DNA of 64,000 bases from Albugo candida (Eukaryota). The translations under genes and the position numbers were made by a program. Each line of letters starts with the position of its first letter. The stretch's first letter is position 1. This document shows, piece after piece, positions 1 to 10,875 of the stretch. The notes beneath the pieces were generated by a model. The model did no database searches. It was not told where the DNA came from and saw only the letters and a program-made list of their open reading frames with translations. The DNA lies in the NCBI GenBank assembly GCA_040437565.1, contig JBDOQK010000056.1:124001-188000 (forward strand), written 5' to 3'.

Positions 1-3000
1 CACTCGGAAGGAATTTCGATACCATTTCTTCATGCAAAAGGATGGAGAGATTCACAAAGACTTCCGAGGCTTCCGTGATGGCCGATGAAAAGGATCCGTA
101 AGAGCCATTTTCACCGATCAGATGACCACGCAAGATCGAGTTATAAATCGTTCGTAGATCCTCTCGACTCGGCATCAAGCACGAAAAAATTGCGTAATGT
201 CTTTGAAGTCGTTCGTCGATGAGAAATGACCCGGCAGTTGGATTCATCGCCGAAAGGAATTGTACGTCGACAATCTCTTTCCGAAATCCCAAATCTGTCC
301 GATCGAAAATCGTTTTATAATCCAAATGCTGTCGTAAAAGCGCCAAGGCATTTTGTGTCCCGTACGTCTCCACAAACGGAAGATTGAGATCATCGATAAA
401 GTAAATCAATCGCTTGGTCGCTGGAGGTCCAAACATACGTCCGGAACGCTTATCGATCGGAGACTCGAGCTGTTGCTGTAGCTTGAAGGAATCCGTGTAG
501 TAATTCATATTGATGATCGAATGTATCATTCCTTCGTCTATTTCGCGGAGGTATTTCTTCAGAATCGTTGTTTTTCCTGTTCCACTGCCACCCACCAACA
601 TAGCCGGACGCTGGCGAGAGACTAACGTATCGATAAGGAATCGGATACGAACAGTGTCCATCGTCGACACGACGATCGCATTGAATGGGCTGTCGTGTTG
701 TCCGATGCATTGAGGCACATACTTTGGCACTTTAGCAGACCAATGCTCCAAATCGTTTGTCTCGGCGTTGTAAAAGTAATCAAAGCATAAGCCTTCCTTC
801 GGGTACCGAATGCCTGTCGTTGTCGTACTGGAGCTCGTATTCGACGTAGCGGGCGCTGATGAAGTAGCTGTTCCACTACTTCTTGTACCGCTGGAGCCTT
901 CCGAAAGAGAAGAAAACATCGACATCCAAAGCTCATGAAAGTTTTTACGATAATCCACACTTTTATCCGTCGTCAGGGGTCCACCAAACGCCCACGTCGC
1001 ACAGAATACAAACACCACTTCCACGACTTCCTGTGTCTTCTTCTCGGGCACAAGTAGCGGTAAAAGTCCTTCCAATAAGTAGCAAATCGTAGACACCTGA
1101 TTGATCAATCGAACGGGAACCACTTGCTTGAAGCCTTTACGCATTATATCGGCTACAGGATCCACATACTTTTCAAAAAGAACGGGTAAGAAGGTCTTCT
1201 CCGCTTCATCCGATCGATCCGCGATCCACGATTCCACAAAAGGCCTCCATCCAATGTCCGTCTCGTTGATGTAGAGGATCCCTGCACGCGATACGGTCGC
1301 AGGTGTCGCGTTCTTTAACGAATTGATTTCGAATACCATTCGCATTGCATTACTCAATGGAATCCTCTCATTAGAAACCAGCGTCAAGACTTTATTATCG
1401 TCCATGACCGTGTTCATCGACTCGATCCATACGGCGTCAATGTCTCCGTCGAGCACGACCCATTTATACGTCTGTGACTCGGAGAAGCCTTGTTCTGCGT
1501 AGTTTTTCGACATTCCTCGCATGATGATCGATAACACTCCATCTTTCCAGTCTTTCGACAGCGTCATGTACCCATACAGCTCGTCGGAAGTCACTGCTTT
1601 GGGATTCAATGTCTCATACACACATACTTTCTTCTCCTTGTCGAGATTCCAACATTTTGCCAAGGTCTGCCACGTCGTTGTCTTGGCGCATCCCGCGGGA
1701 CCCAAAAGCATCACCGAATGACGAACATCGATAAGCTCTTGCAATTGACACACTTTGAGCACGAAGCTGTCTTCATGCTGGAGATTGTGCTGTTTGCACA
1801 CAGTGACGCATTTTTCTTTGAGAGTTGCATTCACTTTCGGAAGCACTTCTGTTCCAATGAATAAATCTTTGATAAGTCGTAAGAAAATCGGTGTGTCGTG
1901 ATGCGGGATCTTGGGCGTGTTAAAGTCTCGCAGCGCACGCATCAGCACTTTGTCTTCGTGGACGTCAGGCTCTGCTCGTTTCAAGATCCCCGCCACGCGT
2001 AAGACAGATTTCACAGCGCGTAGACCCCAATCGTAATGGAATTGTTTCGATAAGAGCTCACCACTCAGCTGATACAGCGTCACGAATTTGATGGCTAGCG
2101 TTCGGGCTTGCTGGAAGCCTTCGGACATGAGCATGTTTTCGCAAATTGGCCTAAGATCAGGTCGTATCATTGCACACGAACGGAATAAGACTTTAAGGTT
2201 CTCTGGAAGCTCTGTCCTCCCCGCGTACCCGGGATTCATCGTGATAAAGAATCCGCATGTTGGAATGAGAGTGATGCGATCGGATGCGCCCATAAACTCG
2301 AATTCCCCGACCACAACCGGTGGTGTTCCTGCGGGAAGACTCTGATACTTTGTCTCGCGATTCGAAGGAATCGCATGGAACACAATAGCGTCCTGCACGC
2401 ACTTGACTTGTGTCGCTACGACGCTCAAGACCTCGATATTGATCCGATTGAATTCATCAAAGCATCCCCACGTTCCTGTCTGACAAAGACCACGAAATAT
2501 ATCAGCCATTGTCTGGTAATTCATCTGATCCGAGCAATTGAATACGTAACAGCAGAGAGCCATTGCTCGCGCTAAATCTTTTGTCGTCTCTGTCTTTCCC
2601 GTTCCAGCAGGTCCCGCTGGAGCTCCACCGAGGAATAAACGTAAGGCCATTGTAAGTGTGATATAACATCGATCCGTGAGCGGAGTAATGACCAAACGAC
2701 CCGTATTCCCAATCCATTCGTACGAGTATTTCGATCGAAAGTCTGTGATACGAATATCAACGTCCATAGACTCGGGTCGCCAGATGAATCGTAATTGCTG
2801 CTGCCATAGAAAACTCAATGGACCTTCGACCTTTTCATCGACTAAACGTTTGACCACGTCTCTGGAATGCACGTCGAGTGTGATGAGAGCGATGATTTTG
2901 CATCGATCCGGGTCACTGAGATTCCCCAGCACGAGATTGATAAGCTGTTCGAGACGATGATTACATGTCGATAAATACCGTTTCACAGCATCTTCCTGTC

Positions 3001-6000
3001 CATTCTCGTACTCTTCCAATGCCATTTCCGTCTCCTCTGTCCAGTAAATCTGTGTGGCATTCAATACGACCTGAGCAGGATACTCAAAAAGCCATTGATG
3101 ACGAGGTTTATCGACATCCCAATTAGCAGCCGATTCCATCGCTTCCTGCATTTCTTTCTTGATGGAATATCGCATGACTTCTGTGAGCTCATTAAGCCAT
3201 ACTTCGACTGCTCCCGACATGACAAATGGACACGATAGCTGCATTACTTCCTGATCCTTGGCGATCATCGCAGTTGCGACATTGCCCGAGTCGTTTTCAA
3301 ACACCAAATCACAAAGGGAGTCGTAACAATCGCCCAAGAATGGCATGATCTTCTTTGGATTGTTCCCATTCGAAAGGATTTCCAGCAACGCGACATTCGA
3401 TACAAAGTAAAATCGCGGGAAGATTTTCTTCTTCTTGTCCAAATACTCATTCAAAGACTTTTGGCATCGTTCCAGCATGACTGTCATCTCTTTCAGCGCT
3501 TCCAATCGATTAGGAACCTCACACGCAAGCACGACATTAGGCTCCATGACAGCATTTTTCATCAGATCTTTGAAATTCGTATCGATACTCTCAAACGTGC
3601 GTGTGTCATCGGGAAGCTGATTGCGAATATCCGGAGACGATAAGAAGATGCTTTCGAGACTCGCCCATTGTCTGCTCACAGAAACCCATTCTTTGATCAC
3701 TTCCTCGACATTCCCGAGCATTTTCTGACACGTGTGTACGCGATCTTTGAAAAACTCGACAAATTTCCCCATACTCGCCATTGTCTGAAGCTCGAGCTGA
3801 TTGCTTTCCAGAGACTCGATGACTTCCTCGCTGGGTTTGATCACAAACGTCTCCGAGTCTTTATGAGCGACATACTCGAGTCCCAATCGCTTCCACAATT
3901 GCTCCATTCCAGTGAGTTTCTTGTCAATTTTCTGCTCTTTGTTGGCAGTCTCAATGATCTCTCCGACATCATCGACGTGGAAATGAAGCTGAAGCTTGAG
4001 AAGATCCGCAAAACAGAATTTGATATCTTTGATATCAATGGCTTTGACGCTACAAATCTCCGACAATGCTTTCCAATGACGTTCCTGCATGGTTTCCGAA
4101 TGCAAATCGTTGATCAATGGAAGCACAATCGACATATTCTTCACAACTTGCTCGGTGTCTTTGTAGACTTGCCATCCTTTGATCACAGCGTGCTCGAGTC
4201 CTTGCTGCTTGAGCTGTTGGGTAATTGCACGTGTCGTAGCCTCCAGCACATCCGTTTGGATGTCCTTCCAGCTCAATGTGCGCCAGCTCTCAAACGTTAA
4301 AAGCACCAGCGACTTGAGATCCCAGCAACGCTTCAACTGCTGAAGCTCGTACTTTGTGTCCTGAATCTCCGCGTACTTTGACACTTGGAGCTCAAACAAC
4401 TCTTCGAGCTCATTTAGTGTCTTGGATTGCGCTGTTTTCTCATTGAGATCGGATGCGAATTCCGTCATACAAACGTATGCTTCGTCGGGTGTGCCGGAGA
4501 AGCTAAAGGGAGCGGTGGAACGGAATCGACTTCGGAATTGACGCATTTCCACGAAAAAACCTTCAAGCTCTTCTTTGATTGCTTCGACTTTAGCCATTTG
4601 TAGCGGAAGGATTTCTTCTTTCTTCGTAAATGTCTTATTCACAATCGCTTCCCATTGCATCGGTGCGGCTTCGAGGTAGTCGGGGACTGTGTGCCCCGAG
4701 ACACGATTGTCTTCCATTGCGATTCCATGGACTTTGAGAACTTGAACCGTTTCCCGCAACGGGTCAAATAGATCGTTGGTCATATTCATACGCTTCCGTA
4801 CGTCTCGAATATGTGTCATGACACGCATAAGCGCATCTTTATCGACATCCTGGCCATCTTTTGCATCCACTTGCTCCTCGAGACCGCGGTACACCGTGTC
4901 CATGAAGGAATGGAGACTCTCAAGCTTGGTCACCACATACTGTTCTAGAAACTGCGTGTGTTGAAAGGTCCATTTGGTCGCCCACGACACCATTGCGGTC
5001 TTTATCGGCTGTGCATTCACACGCACCCATCCAATGTCGGAAAAGGTCGATAATGCTTCGATTTCAGTTGCGATACGCTCATACGATGCAATCTCATTGT
5101 GAAAACGATCCAAATTCAAACTATCGATTCCATTACTCCGTCGAATTTGACCGCCTGATGCTAAAAAAGCCTCAAAGGCCTCGGTCATATCTGTTTGCCA
5201 CAAGTACGCGTACGCGTCATACTGCTGCCGAAACGATAGTAAAAGCGTTTGATTCTCATCGACGAGATCGCTTATCGTCGCTAATTGCATGCAAATCGTT
5301 GGATCGGTCATAAGCTCTTTGATAAAATTACCACCGGCATCGGAATCCAATCGCTTCATATTGCCCACAACCGTAAAAAACGAGTGAATCCACGCGTGAA
5401 TCGTATCGTGAAGACCTCGTCCGTTGTTCTCTCCAATGTTTGGAAGGAATTGAGCTCGCATCGCGACAAGATCGAGCTTGATTTCCAGCATAGGAAGTCG
5501 ATCGGAATAAGGTTTCGAGGTATCGTTCGGCTCCAATTGACGGGATAGAAACTCTAATGAGGTCGATACGACTCGAGCGACGCCTTGAGAGACGATATTG
5601 TTCACATACTCGACGTATGCTTTCCATTGAGTCGCATGGACACCTGTGACCGCCGTATTTGACTGCTTCAGACGACGATGTATTTCAGCGGCACCTTCAC
5701 GAAGTCGAAGCGTTCGCTGGACGATATGGCTCTTGTGAGAGCGTTCATGCTCTGTGATGGTCACTGGCTTGGGTTGACGCTCGAGAAGCGATACATTCCA
5801 CGCACTCAGTGTTTCTTGAATCAAACTGAGATTCTCCTGAAGACTCGAGACGATCTCCGTTGCATTCTGCACACATTTACGTGCTTCATCGATGAAACTA
5901 TCGACTCCGACACTGTTCCAATTGAGCTGTTCGGTTCCTTTGCTCACACACGCGTCAATAGCGGTGATATATCGTCGTACAAGTGGTTCTTCGACTGCAT

Positions 6001-8170
6001 GAAGTCCTTGAATGATAGCGTTGTATGGGTCGACAATGTACATCAGCTCTCCACGATACTTTCGGAACGTCTCTTCTTTCAATGCGATCTGAAGAGCAGC
6101 AGAAGGCACCTCAATGCCCAATAGTTTGAGATACTTGATCTCTCGAAGAAGCTTCTCAAGCGCTGGATCGAAATTGACGCCAAGACATCGTGTTGGAGCG
6201 TGACGTACGAGAAGCGGGTACGTAAGTTTTGTCTGCGAAGAAGCCTCGACCTCGCGATTCCATTCCTCCACCTTTTGCTGCTCGTACTCGTGCAGTGTTG
6301 CCATCATTGCACCATACAACTTGTACACCTGTTTGGCTTCTTCTCGTTCCATCACAGCTTGATTCAGATCTTCCAACTTTCTCATCGGATGCTCGATCCG
6401 TTCCACAAGACCTCGGCACCACGAAAGTGCTCCAGCAACCGGAGGAAGATTCCAACTGATCGGTGGCGCATCACGAAACCTCAAGAAGAGATCTTGCACG
6501 ATTTTAAGATCCGATCCGTAACTTTGAACGAGTGCAATGTGCTTCTTCTCAAGCTCATCTTGGATGATCGGTCGACCCAATAAGCCTTCAAACGATTCCA
6601 ACAGCTTAAACCTTCCGAATAGCGTCGTGCAATCATCAAAGCCTTGCGTCAGTACGGACCCGAGTCTTCTTTCCAACTCTTTGATTTTGCATCGAAAATC
6701 GTAAAATTGATCGTCAAATTTGGATGCTCCATTGACGTCCATAATATCGATTGAAACTCGTTTGAATGCGTTAATGGCGTCCATAAAGTCGGCATGAATT
6801 TGCTGAGAGCATAACGTAAGGCTTTTACCTTTGGTGCCTCCAATTTCGATCCTTGATAGCTTACTAAATTGAACAATTGTCAATGTGAGATCGAGGATAT
6901 CGTGACATCGTTCCAGGAAGGTATCGAGACGTTGAAAAAGCGCATTTCCCTGGATTCTCCATGGATTCCCAGGGCATTCCGCATTAGCTGTAGCTTTGTA
7001 GTCGAAATACGTTGTCTTGAACGCATTACACACGTGAATGGTGGTCTTGAGCTGTTCTAAAGCCTGGCCAGCCTGATCTTGATCAATAAGCGCGAAAATC
7101 GCATCGCCACTGAGATACTTTCGAGCCTGAGCGATCAGTGAATTGCATATTTCCCGAATGAGAACCACAAGTCTCGCTGGTGTGTTGTAATGCTTGGAAT
7201 TCTTCCAAATGAGAAGGATGATATGAAGCATTGGCTTGAAAAGACCGACAAGCGCCGGGAAGTCTTCGTCCGTATTGAGCCTCACAAACCATTCCTCCAG
7301 CGTCCTCAGATACTTTGTATTGTCATTCGCTTCCATACGAGCAGAGAATACCTGCTTACAAAGTCGAGCAAATGTCGTGCAATACGTCGATTTGTTTCGA
7401 TCCAATGCCGTGAGAATTTTACGTATTTTTTTGCTTTGAAGCTGCTCGAAAATAGAATTGAGATTTGCAGCTTTTAGCTTCCAAAATTCGATTTCTGCGT
7501 CCGGTGTTGGATGATACCCTTGCTTGAGAAGATCTTCAGGGTCTTGCTTGAGCACATTCTTGATCTGTTTCGTCCAGGTCACAATAGAGCCTTCGAGAAG
7601 TGACATTTTGCTGCAGAAAGTAGCGTCATTGGAAGGTGTCAAAGGCTGAAGGAAAAATGAAGCGTCCATCGGCGGGAGAGGAAGACACGTTTCGCCTCGT
7701 GTTGCACTGCTGATAATCGATGCGGATGCCACATACGAATGGAATTTATCGACAATCTCTTTCGACGCGATTTCGCCCCATTCCTGCTGATGAAAAGGAT
7801 TCTGAAAAAGCGGAAAATAAATCTCTGCAATGAGTTTCTCGAAAAACTCGACGCTGTTGCTTGGAATCTCATTCACATACACGTTGGAAGGTATATTGGC
7901 ACTTGTCAGCACACATTTTTGCGATTTGGTGAAGCAAATGCTTTTGCCTCGACCCAACGCTCCAGGCATTTTCGTGCTTGCGACTAAAGCGTCGTTGAAT
8001 ACGAGCGTCATAACGTCTTCGGAATCGATAAATTCGCGGATGCAAAGCTCATTTTGCTCTGTAGCGAATTTCGCACTGAATTTCAATGTCGAAAGTCCAA
8101 AACACAATGAGCTCACACGCTGCTCAATGAACCGCAGAGGATTGACGGTACTTTTCGAGGAAGGCTCCAT
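1..8170 (-). CDS. Axonemal outer-arm dynein heavy chain, beta type (ODA4/DNAH9-11-17-like), 3' end outside the window
   Basis: ATG at 8170 (MEPSSKSTVNPLRFIEQR...EIYFPLFQNPFHQQEWGEIASKEIVDKFH). AAA1 P-loop GGAPAGPAGTGKTETTKDL (~2575-2630), CFDEFNRI and ITMNPGYAGRTELPENLK; AAA2 GPAGCAKT (~1680-1705); AAA3 GGSGTGKT (~570-595). No track ORF ends in this frame, consistent with one uninterrupted frame running off the window edge. Confidence 0.95.
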   Translation of the reverse strand, partial: MEPSSKSTVNPLRFIEQRVSSLCFGLSTLKFSAKFATEQNELCIREFIDSEDVMTLVFNDALVASTKMPGALGRGKSICFTKSQKCVLTSANIPSNVYVNEIPSNSVEFFEKLIAEIYFPLFQNPFHQQEWGEIASKEIVDKFHSYVASASIISSATRGETCLPLPPMDASFFLQPLTPSNDATFCSKMSLLEGSIVTWTKQIKNVLKQDPEDLLKQGYHPTPDAEIEFWKLKAANLNSIFEQLQSKKIRKILTALDRNKSTYCTTFARLCKQVFSARMEANDNTKYLRTLEEWFVRLNTDEDFPALVGLFKPMLHIILLIWKNSKHYNTPARLVVLIREICNSLIAQARKYLSGDAIFALIDQDQAGQALEQLKTTIHVCNAFKTTYFDYKATANAECPGNPWRIQGNALFQRLDTFLERCHDILDLTLTIVQFSKLSRIEIGGTKGKSLTLCSQQIHADFMDAINAFKRVSIDIMDVNGASKFDDQFYDFRCKIKELERRLGSVLTQGFDDCTTLFGRFKLLESFEGLLGRPIIQDELEKKHIALVQSYGSDLKIVQDLFLRFRDAPPISWNLPPVAGALSWCRGLVERIEHPMRKLEDLNQAVMEREEAKQVYKLYGAMMATLHEYEQQKVEEWNREVEASSQTKLTYPLLVRHAPTRCLGVNFDPALEKLLREIKYLKLLGIEVPSAALQIALKEETFRKYRGELMYIVDPYNAIIQGLHAVEEPLVRRYITAIDACVSKGTEQLNWNSVGVDSFIDEARKCVQNATEIVSSLQENLSLIQETLSAWNVSLLERQPKPVTITEHERSHKSHIVQRTLRLREGAAEIHRRLKQSNTAVTGVHATQWKAYVEYVNNIVSQGVARVVSTSLEFLSRQLEPNDTSKPYSDRLPMLEIKLDLVAMRAQFLPNIGENNGRGLHDTIHAWIHSFFTVVGNMKRLDSDAGGNFIKELMTDPTICMQLATISDLVDENQTLLLSFRQQYDAYAYLWQTDMTEAFEAFLASGGQIRRSNGIDSLNLDRFHNEIASYERIATEIEALSTFSDIGWVRVNAQPIKTAMVSWATKWTFQHTQFLEQYVVTKLESLHSFMDTVYRGLEEQVDAKDGQDVDKDALMRVMTHIRDVRKRMNMTNDLFDPLRETVQVLKVHGIAMEDNRVSGHTVPDYLEAAPMQWEAIVNKTFTKKEEILPLQMAKVEAIKEELEGFFVEMRQFRSRFRSTAPFSFSGTPDEAYVCMTEFASDLNEKTAQSKTLNELEELFELQVSKYAEIQDTKYELQQLKRCWDLKSLVLLTFESWRTLSWKDIQTDVLEATTRAITQQLKQQGLEHAVIKGWQVYKDTEQVVKNMSIVLPLINDLHSETMQERHWKALSEICSVKAIDIKDIKFCFADLLKLQLHFHVDDVGEIIETANKEQKIDKKLTGMEQLWKRLGLEYVAHKDSETFVIKPSEEVIESLESNQLELQTMASMGKFVEFFKDRVHTCQKMLGNVEEVIKEWVSVSRQWASLESIFLSSPDIRNQLPDDTRTFESIDTNFKDLMKNAVMEPNVVLACEVPNRLEALKEMTVMLERCQKSLNEYLDKKKKIFPRFYFVSNVALLEILSNGNNPKKIMPFLGDCYDSLCDLVFENDSGNVATAMIAKDQEVMQLSCPFVMSGAVEVWLNELTEVMRYSIKKEMQEAMESAANWDVDKPRHQWLFEYPAQVVLNATQIYWTEETEMALEEYENGQEDAVKRYLSTCNHRLEQLINLVLGNLSDPDRCKIIALITLDVHSRDVVKRLVDEKVEGPLSFLWQQQLRFIWRPESMDVDIRITDFRSKYSYEWIGNTGRLVITPLTDRCYITLTMALRLFLGGAPAGPAGTGKTETTKDLARAMALCCYVFNCSDQMNYQTMADIFRGLCQTGTWGCFDEFNRINIEVLSVVATQVKCVQDAIVFHAIPSNRETKYQSLPAGTPPVVVGEFEFMGASDRITLIPTCGFFITMNPGYAGRTELPENLKVLFRSCAMIRPDLRPICENMLMSEGFQQARTLAIKFVTLYQLSGELLSKQFHYDWGLRAVKSVLRVAGILKRAEPDVHEDKVLMRALRDFNTPKIPHHDTPIFLRLIKDLFIGTEVLPKVNATLKEKCVTVCKQHNLQHEDSFVLKVCQLQELIDVRHSVMLLGPAGCAKTTTWQTLAKCWNLDKEKKVCVYETLNPKAVTSDELYGYMTLSKDWKDGVLSIIMRGMSKNYAEQGFSESQTYKWVVLDGDIDAVWIESMNTVMDDNKVLTLVSNERIPLSNAMRMVFEINSLKNATPATVSRAGILYINETDIGWRPFVESWIADRSDEAEKTFLPVLFEKYVDPVADIMRKGFKQVVPVRLINQVSTICYLLEGLLPLLVPEKKTQEVVEVVFVFCATWAFGGPLTTDKSVDYRKNFHELWMSMFSSLSEGSSGTRSSGTATSSAPATSNTSSSTTTTGIRYPKEGLCFDYFYNAETNDLEHWSAKVPKYVPQCIGQHDSPFNAIVVSTMDTVRIRFLIDTLVSRQRPAMLVGGSGTGKTTILKKYLREIDEGMIHSIINMNYYTDSFKLQQQLESPIDKRSGRMFGPPATKRLIYFIDDLNLPFVETYGTQNALALLRQHLDYKTIFDRTDLGFRKEIVDVQFLSAMNPTAGSFLIDERLQRHYAIFSCLMPSREDLRTIYNSILRGHLIGENGSYGSFSSAITEASEVFVNLSILLHEEMVSKFLPS

Positions 8171-8217
8171 GGAATCAAAGTGAGAACGTGACTAGTGGTC
8201 GCAAAAGGCTTTCTATA

Positions 8218-9521
8218 TTAAGATACATTCCATAGATCTGTCAGCGTGAACCCGTTCGGAATGCATTCGATGGCGAGACATAATTCTGGTGACCATGCAA
8301 TGGAGCGATTTTCTTGGGCCTTTAGTGTCGTATGATATGCGGCCAAGACGTCCATGGACCCGGATACTGTTTGCTCAATCTGACAATCATCGATGATACG
8401 AGGCTGCTTGATTGTTTCGACGGGAGCAGCTTCCTCCAAATCGAATTCCACGCCGTAGATAGGACTCTTGTAAAAAATTGCATGCAAACGCTCCAACTCG
8501 AGGAATACGCTCTCCAATTTCTCGGCCGGATCCACCTGGAAACCCAGGACGTACCCTCCACTGGACGACGATGTCTCCAATACAAGCGCGAGTCCGAATT
8601 TCGACTTGCGAACACATGCGGAATGCAGCTGCATGAATGGAATACTCACATTGAAATTCTCAGCCAAAGTCGCATGCCACACAATGCGAACGTTTGTGAT
8701 TAGAAATGTACCGAGATTCCCTTGATCGGAGGATAGATTCCAGACGCCAGGTACGCGGGTGTAAATCTGCTCGTGGGGTAGAAGCACGAGTTCTTTCTCG
8801 CGAATAATTCCACCGCGAAGTTTGAGGTCGCGATATAATTTGGTCGTCTCGTACGATCGGAAAACGGCCTGAATCGTTGTGAATAAACGAGGACTCGCTT
8901 TGACGAGACTTGTAAAGATGAATTCGAACGTGGACGTCCCGTATTTCGTCATCACAAATAGCGCTTGCGTGTTTCCTCGAAGTTTGGAGAAAGCCGTTCG
9001 GATGCGAAGGCTTTGGACGCATTGAAATCCGATGCTGAGATTCGCTCGTGATTTATGACTTGCCCAGAGAATCCGAAGATTTGTGATTTCCAGTGATCCA
9101 CGCTCGCCATTGTTCCCTTTTGTGTCCTCTACGGAATTGATCGAATCGATTAATACTTCGCCTTTACGGAGTTGAAGGCCGTTTTTGCTGAGATCGAAGC
9201 AAATTTGANNNNNNNNNNNNNNNNNNNNNNNNNNNNNNNNNNNNNNNNNNNNNNNNNNNNNNNNNNNNNNNNNNNNNNNNNNNNNNNNNNNNNNNNNNNN
9301 NNNNNNNNCGCTCGTGATTTATGACTTGCCCAGAGAATCCGAAGATTTGTGATTTCCAGTGATCCACGCTCGCCATTGTTCCCTTTTGTGTCCTCTACGG
9401 AATTGATCGAATCGATTAATACTTCGCCTTTACGGAGTTGAAGGCCGTTTTTGCTGAGATCGAAGCAAATTTGACGATCTTGCCAGGTTGAGAGCTTGGG
9501 ATCCGAGACGAAGGAAGACAT
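8218..9521 (-). CDS. BBS5: BBSome subunit BBS5 (spans a gap with duplicated overlap)
   Basis: [79 protein letters not shown] and terminal [10 protein letters not shown]...DLW. Bases ~9042-9208 are repeated at 9309-9475. Confidence 0.95.
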
Positions 9522-9553
9522 GTGAAGGGGTCATATATTTATAGATTAGAGCA

Positions 9554-10803
9554 CTATTTGGCATCCACTTCGACGGTGTGATCGTAATCAATGGTCGGGA
9601 TCACAGATTGGATGAATTTGAGAAAGACAAAGAGGTATTGATCGCTTCGAAGGGGAGATGCTGAGGCTGTTTTTAAGTTGGAAATGATACGTTTCATAAC
9701 GGCTGCATGCTGACATGGATGGATGGATGCGTGGAGGAGAGTGGGATTGTGTGGATGAGGCTCCATTGTCACGGTCCGCTTTGCGTAATCTTGCATAATA
9801 TCTTCGAAAATCGCATCTTCAACGAGCGGACAATTGCTCTCGTCGTATCCAAACAGCCACACGCGAGGTGTTTGATAGTATTTATCGTAGGTGATGGAGA
9901 TATCGTACGTTCTTGTTCGTAAAATTGCGTCATCCATCGGTTCCGTTGCCACCAAATAAGAGCTTTTCAGCGCGGCTTTGTCGTCTACGAGGTTCTCTTC
10001 CTCGAATGTGGTAATGTCCGGGAGGTTCTGGTCCGATTTGGTGCCATCTGCCAGGATAAAGTCCTCCATGATTTTGTTTGAGAGATTTCGCGGCGGAGTG
10101 GAAGCTTTCTCGTCTTGAAGTGGAAATGGTGTATCGTCCTGAAATGAGATGTGGNNNNNNNNNNNNNNNNNNNNNNNNNNNNNNNNNNNNNNNNNNNNNN
10201 NNNNNNNNNNNNNNNNNNNNNNNNNNNNNNNNNNNNNNNNNNNNNNNNNNNNNNTGTATCGTCCTGAAATGAGATGTGGTCTAATTGTTGCCCCAAATCT
10301 GTGTACATTCAGACGACAATATAGTGAAATGAACAGTACACATGTCCGATCTTCGTACCTTGAAGAGAAGCCACGGTAGTATACGAAGATGCGGCAATCC
10401 AATCGCTTTCCCCGTCCACTGAATCTTCGCATTGATACGAGGTATCCAACGACGTGATCCGTTGTCTACATGGAACTATGAGCGCTGCGGTAAGATAAGC
10501 GATACAGATGAGATGAAACGTTGATTGCGACCATTTCGTGTGACTAAATACTGTTTACCGGCGGGCAAGTACGCTCTCCGAGCACTGGATTGACCGCTTT
10601 CCCTTTTTATGAGTCAAATATAAGCAACGCAATAAATATCTTTATTTACGCGATTCGTACCATTGCCACGTCGGGCATTTGTATACCAGCAAGTCGCCCG
10701 CTTTAACAAACTCTTCCGGTGTAAGAATTCCCTTCTCCTCAAACAAGGATTCCGTTAAAATTGGTGTCAAATATTCACGGACGCCGTGAAAAATGCTCTG
10801 CAT
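9554..10803 (-). CDS. ATG3: Autophagy E2-like conjugating enzyme ATG3 (multi-exon)
   Basis: Exon 1 MQSIFHGVREYLTPILTESLFEEKGILTPEEFVKAGDLLVYKCPTWQW; C-terminal RTYDISITYDKYYQTPRVWL, catalytic HPC (SIHPCQHA) and FLKFIQSVIPTIDYD. Confidence 0.95.
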
Positions 10804-10875
10804 CGTTGAAAGTAGGCTTCAACGTTTCCTAAATGTATGTGGCGCGCTATTTTGTTATATTAGGAATTATCTGCA

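Noticed and set aside
450-8183. Many short ORFs on both strands over the dynein region (e.g. 3668-4300 +)
   Set aside because: Shadow or antisense ORFs of the long dynein frame, with no recognisable motifs.
9042-9475. Apparent tandem duplication within BBS5
   Set aside because: The copies appear identical on either side of a 100-N gap; merging them restores one normal BBS5 ORF.
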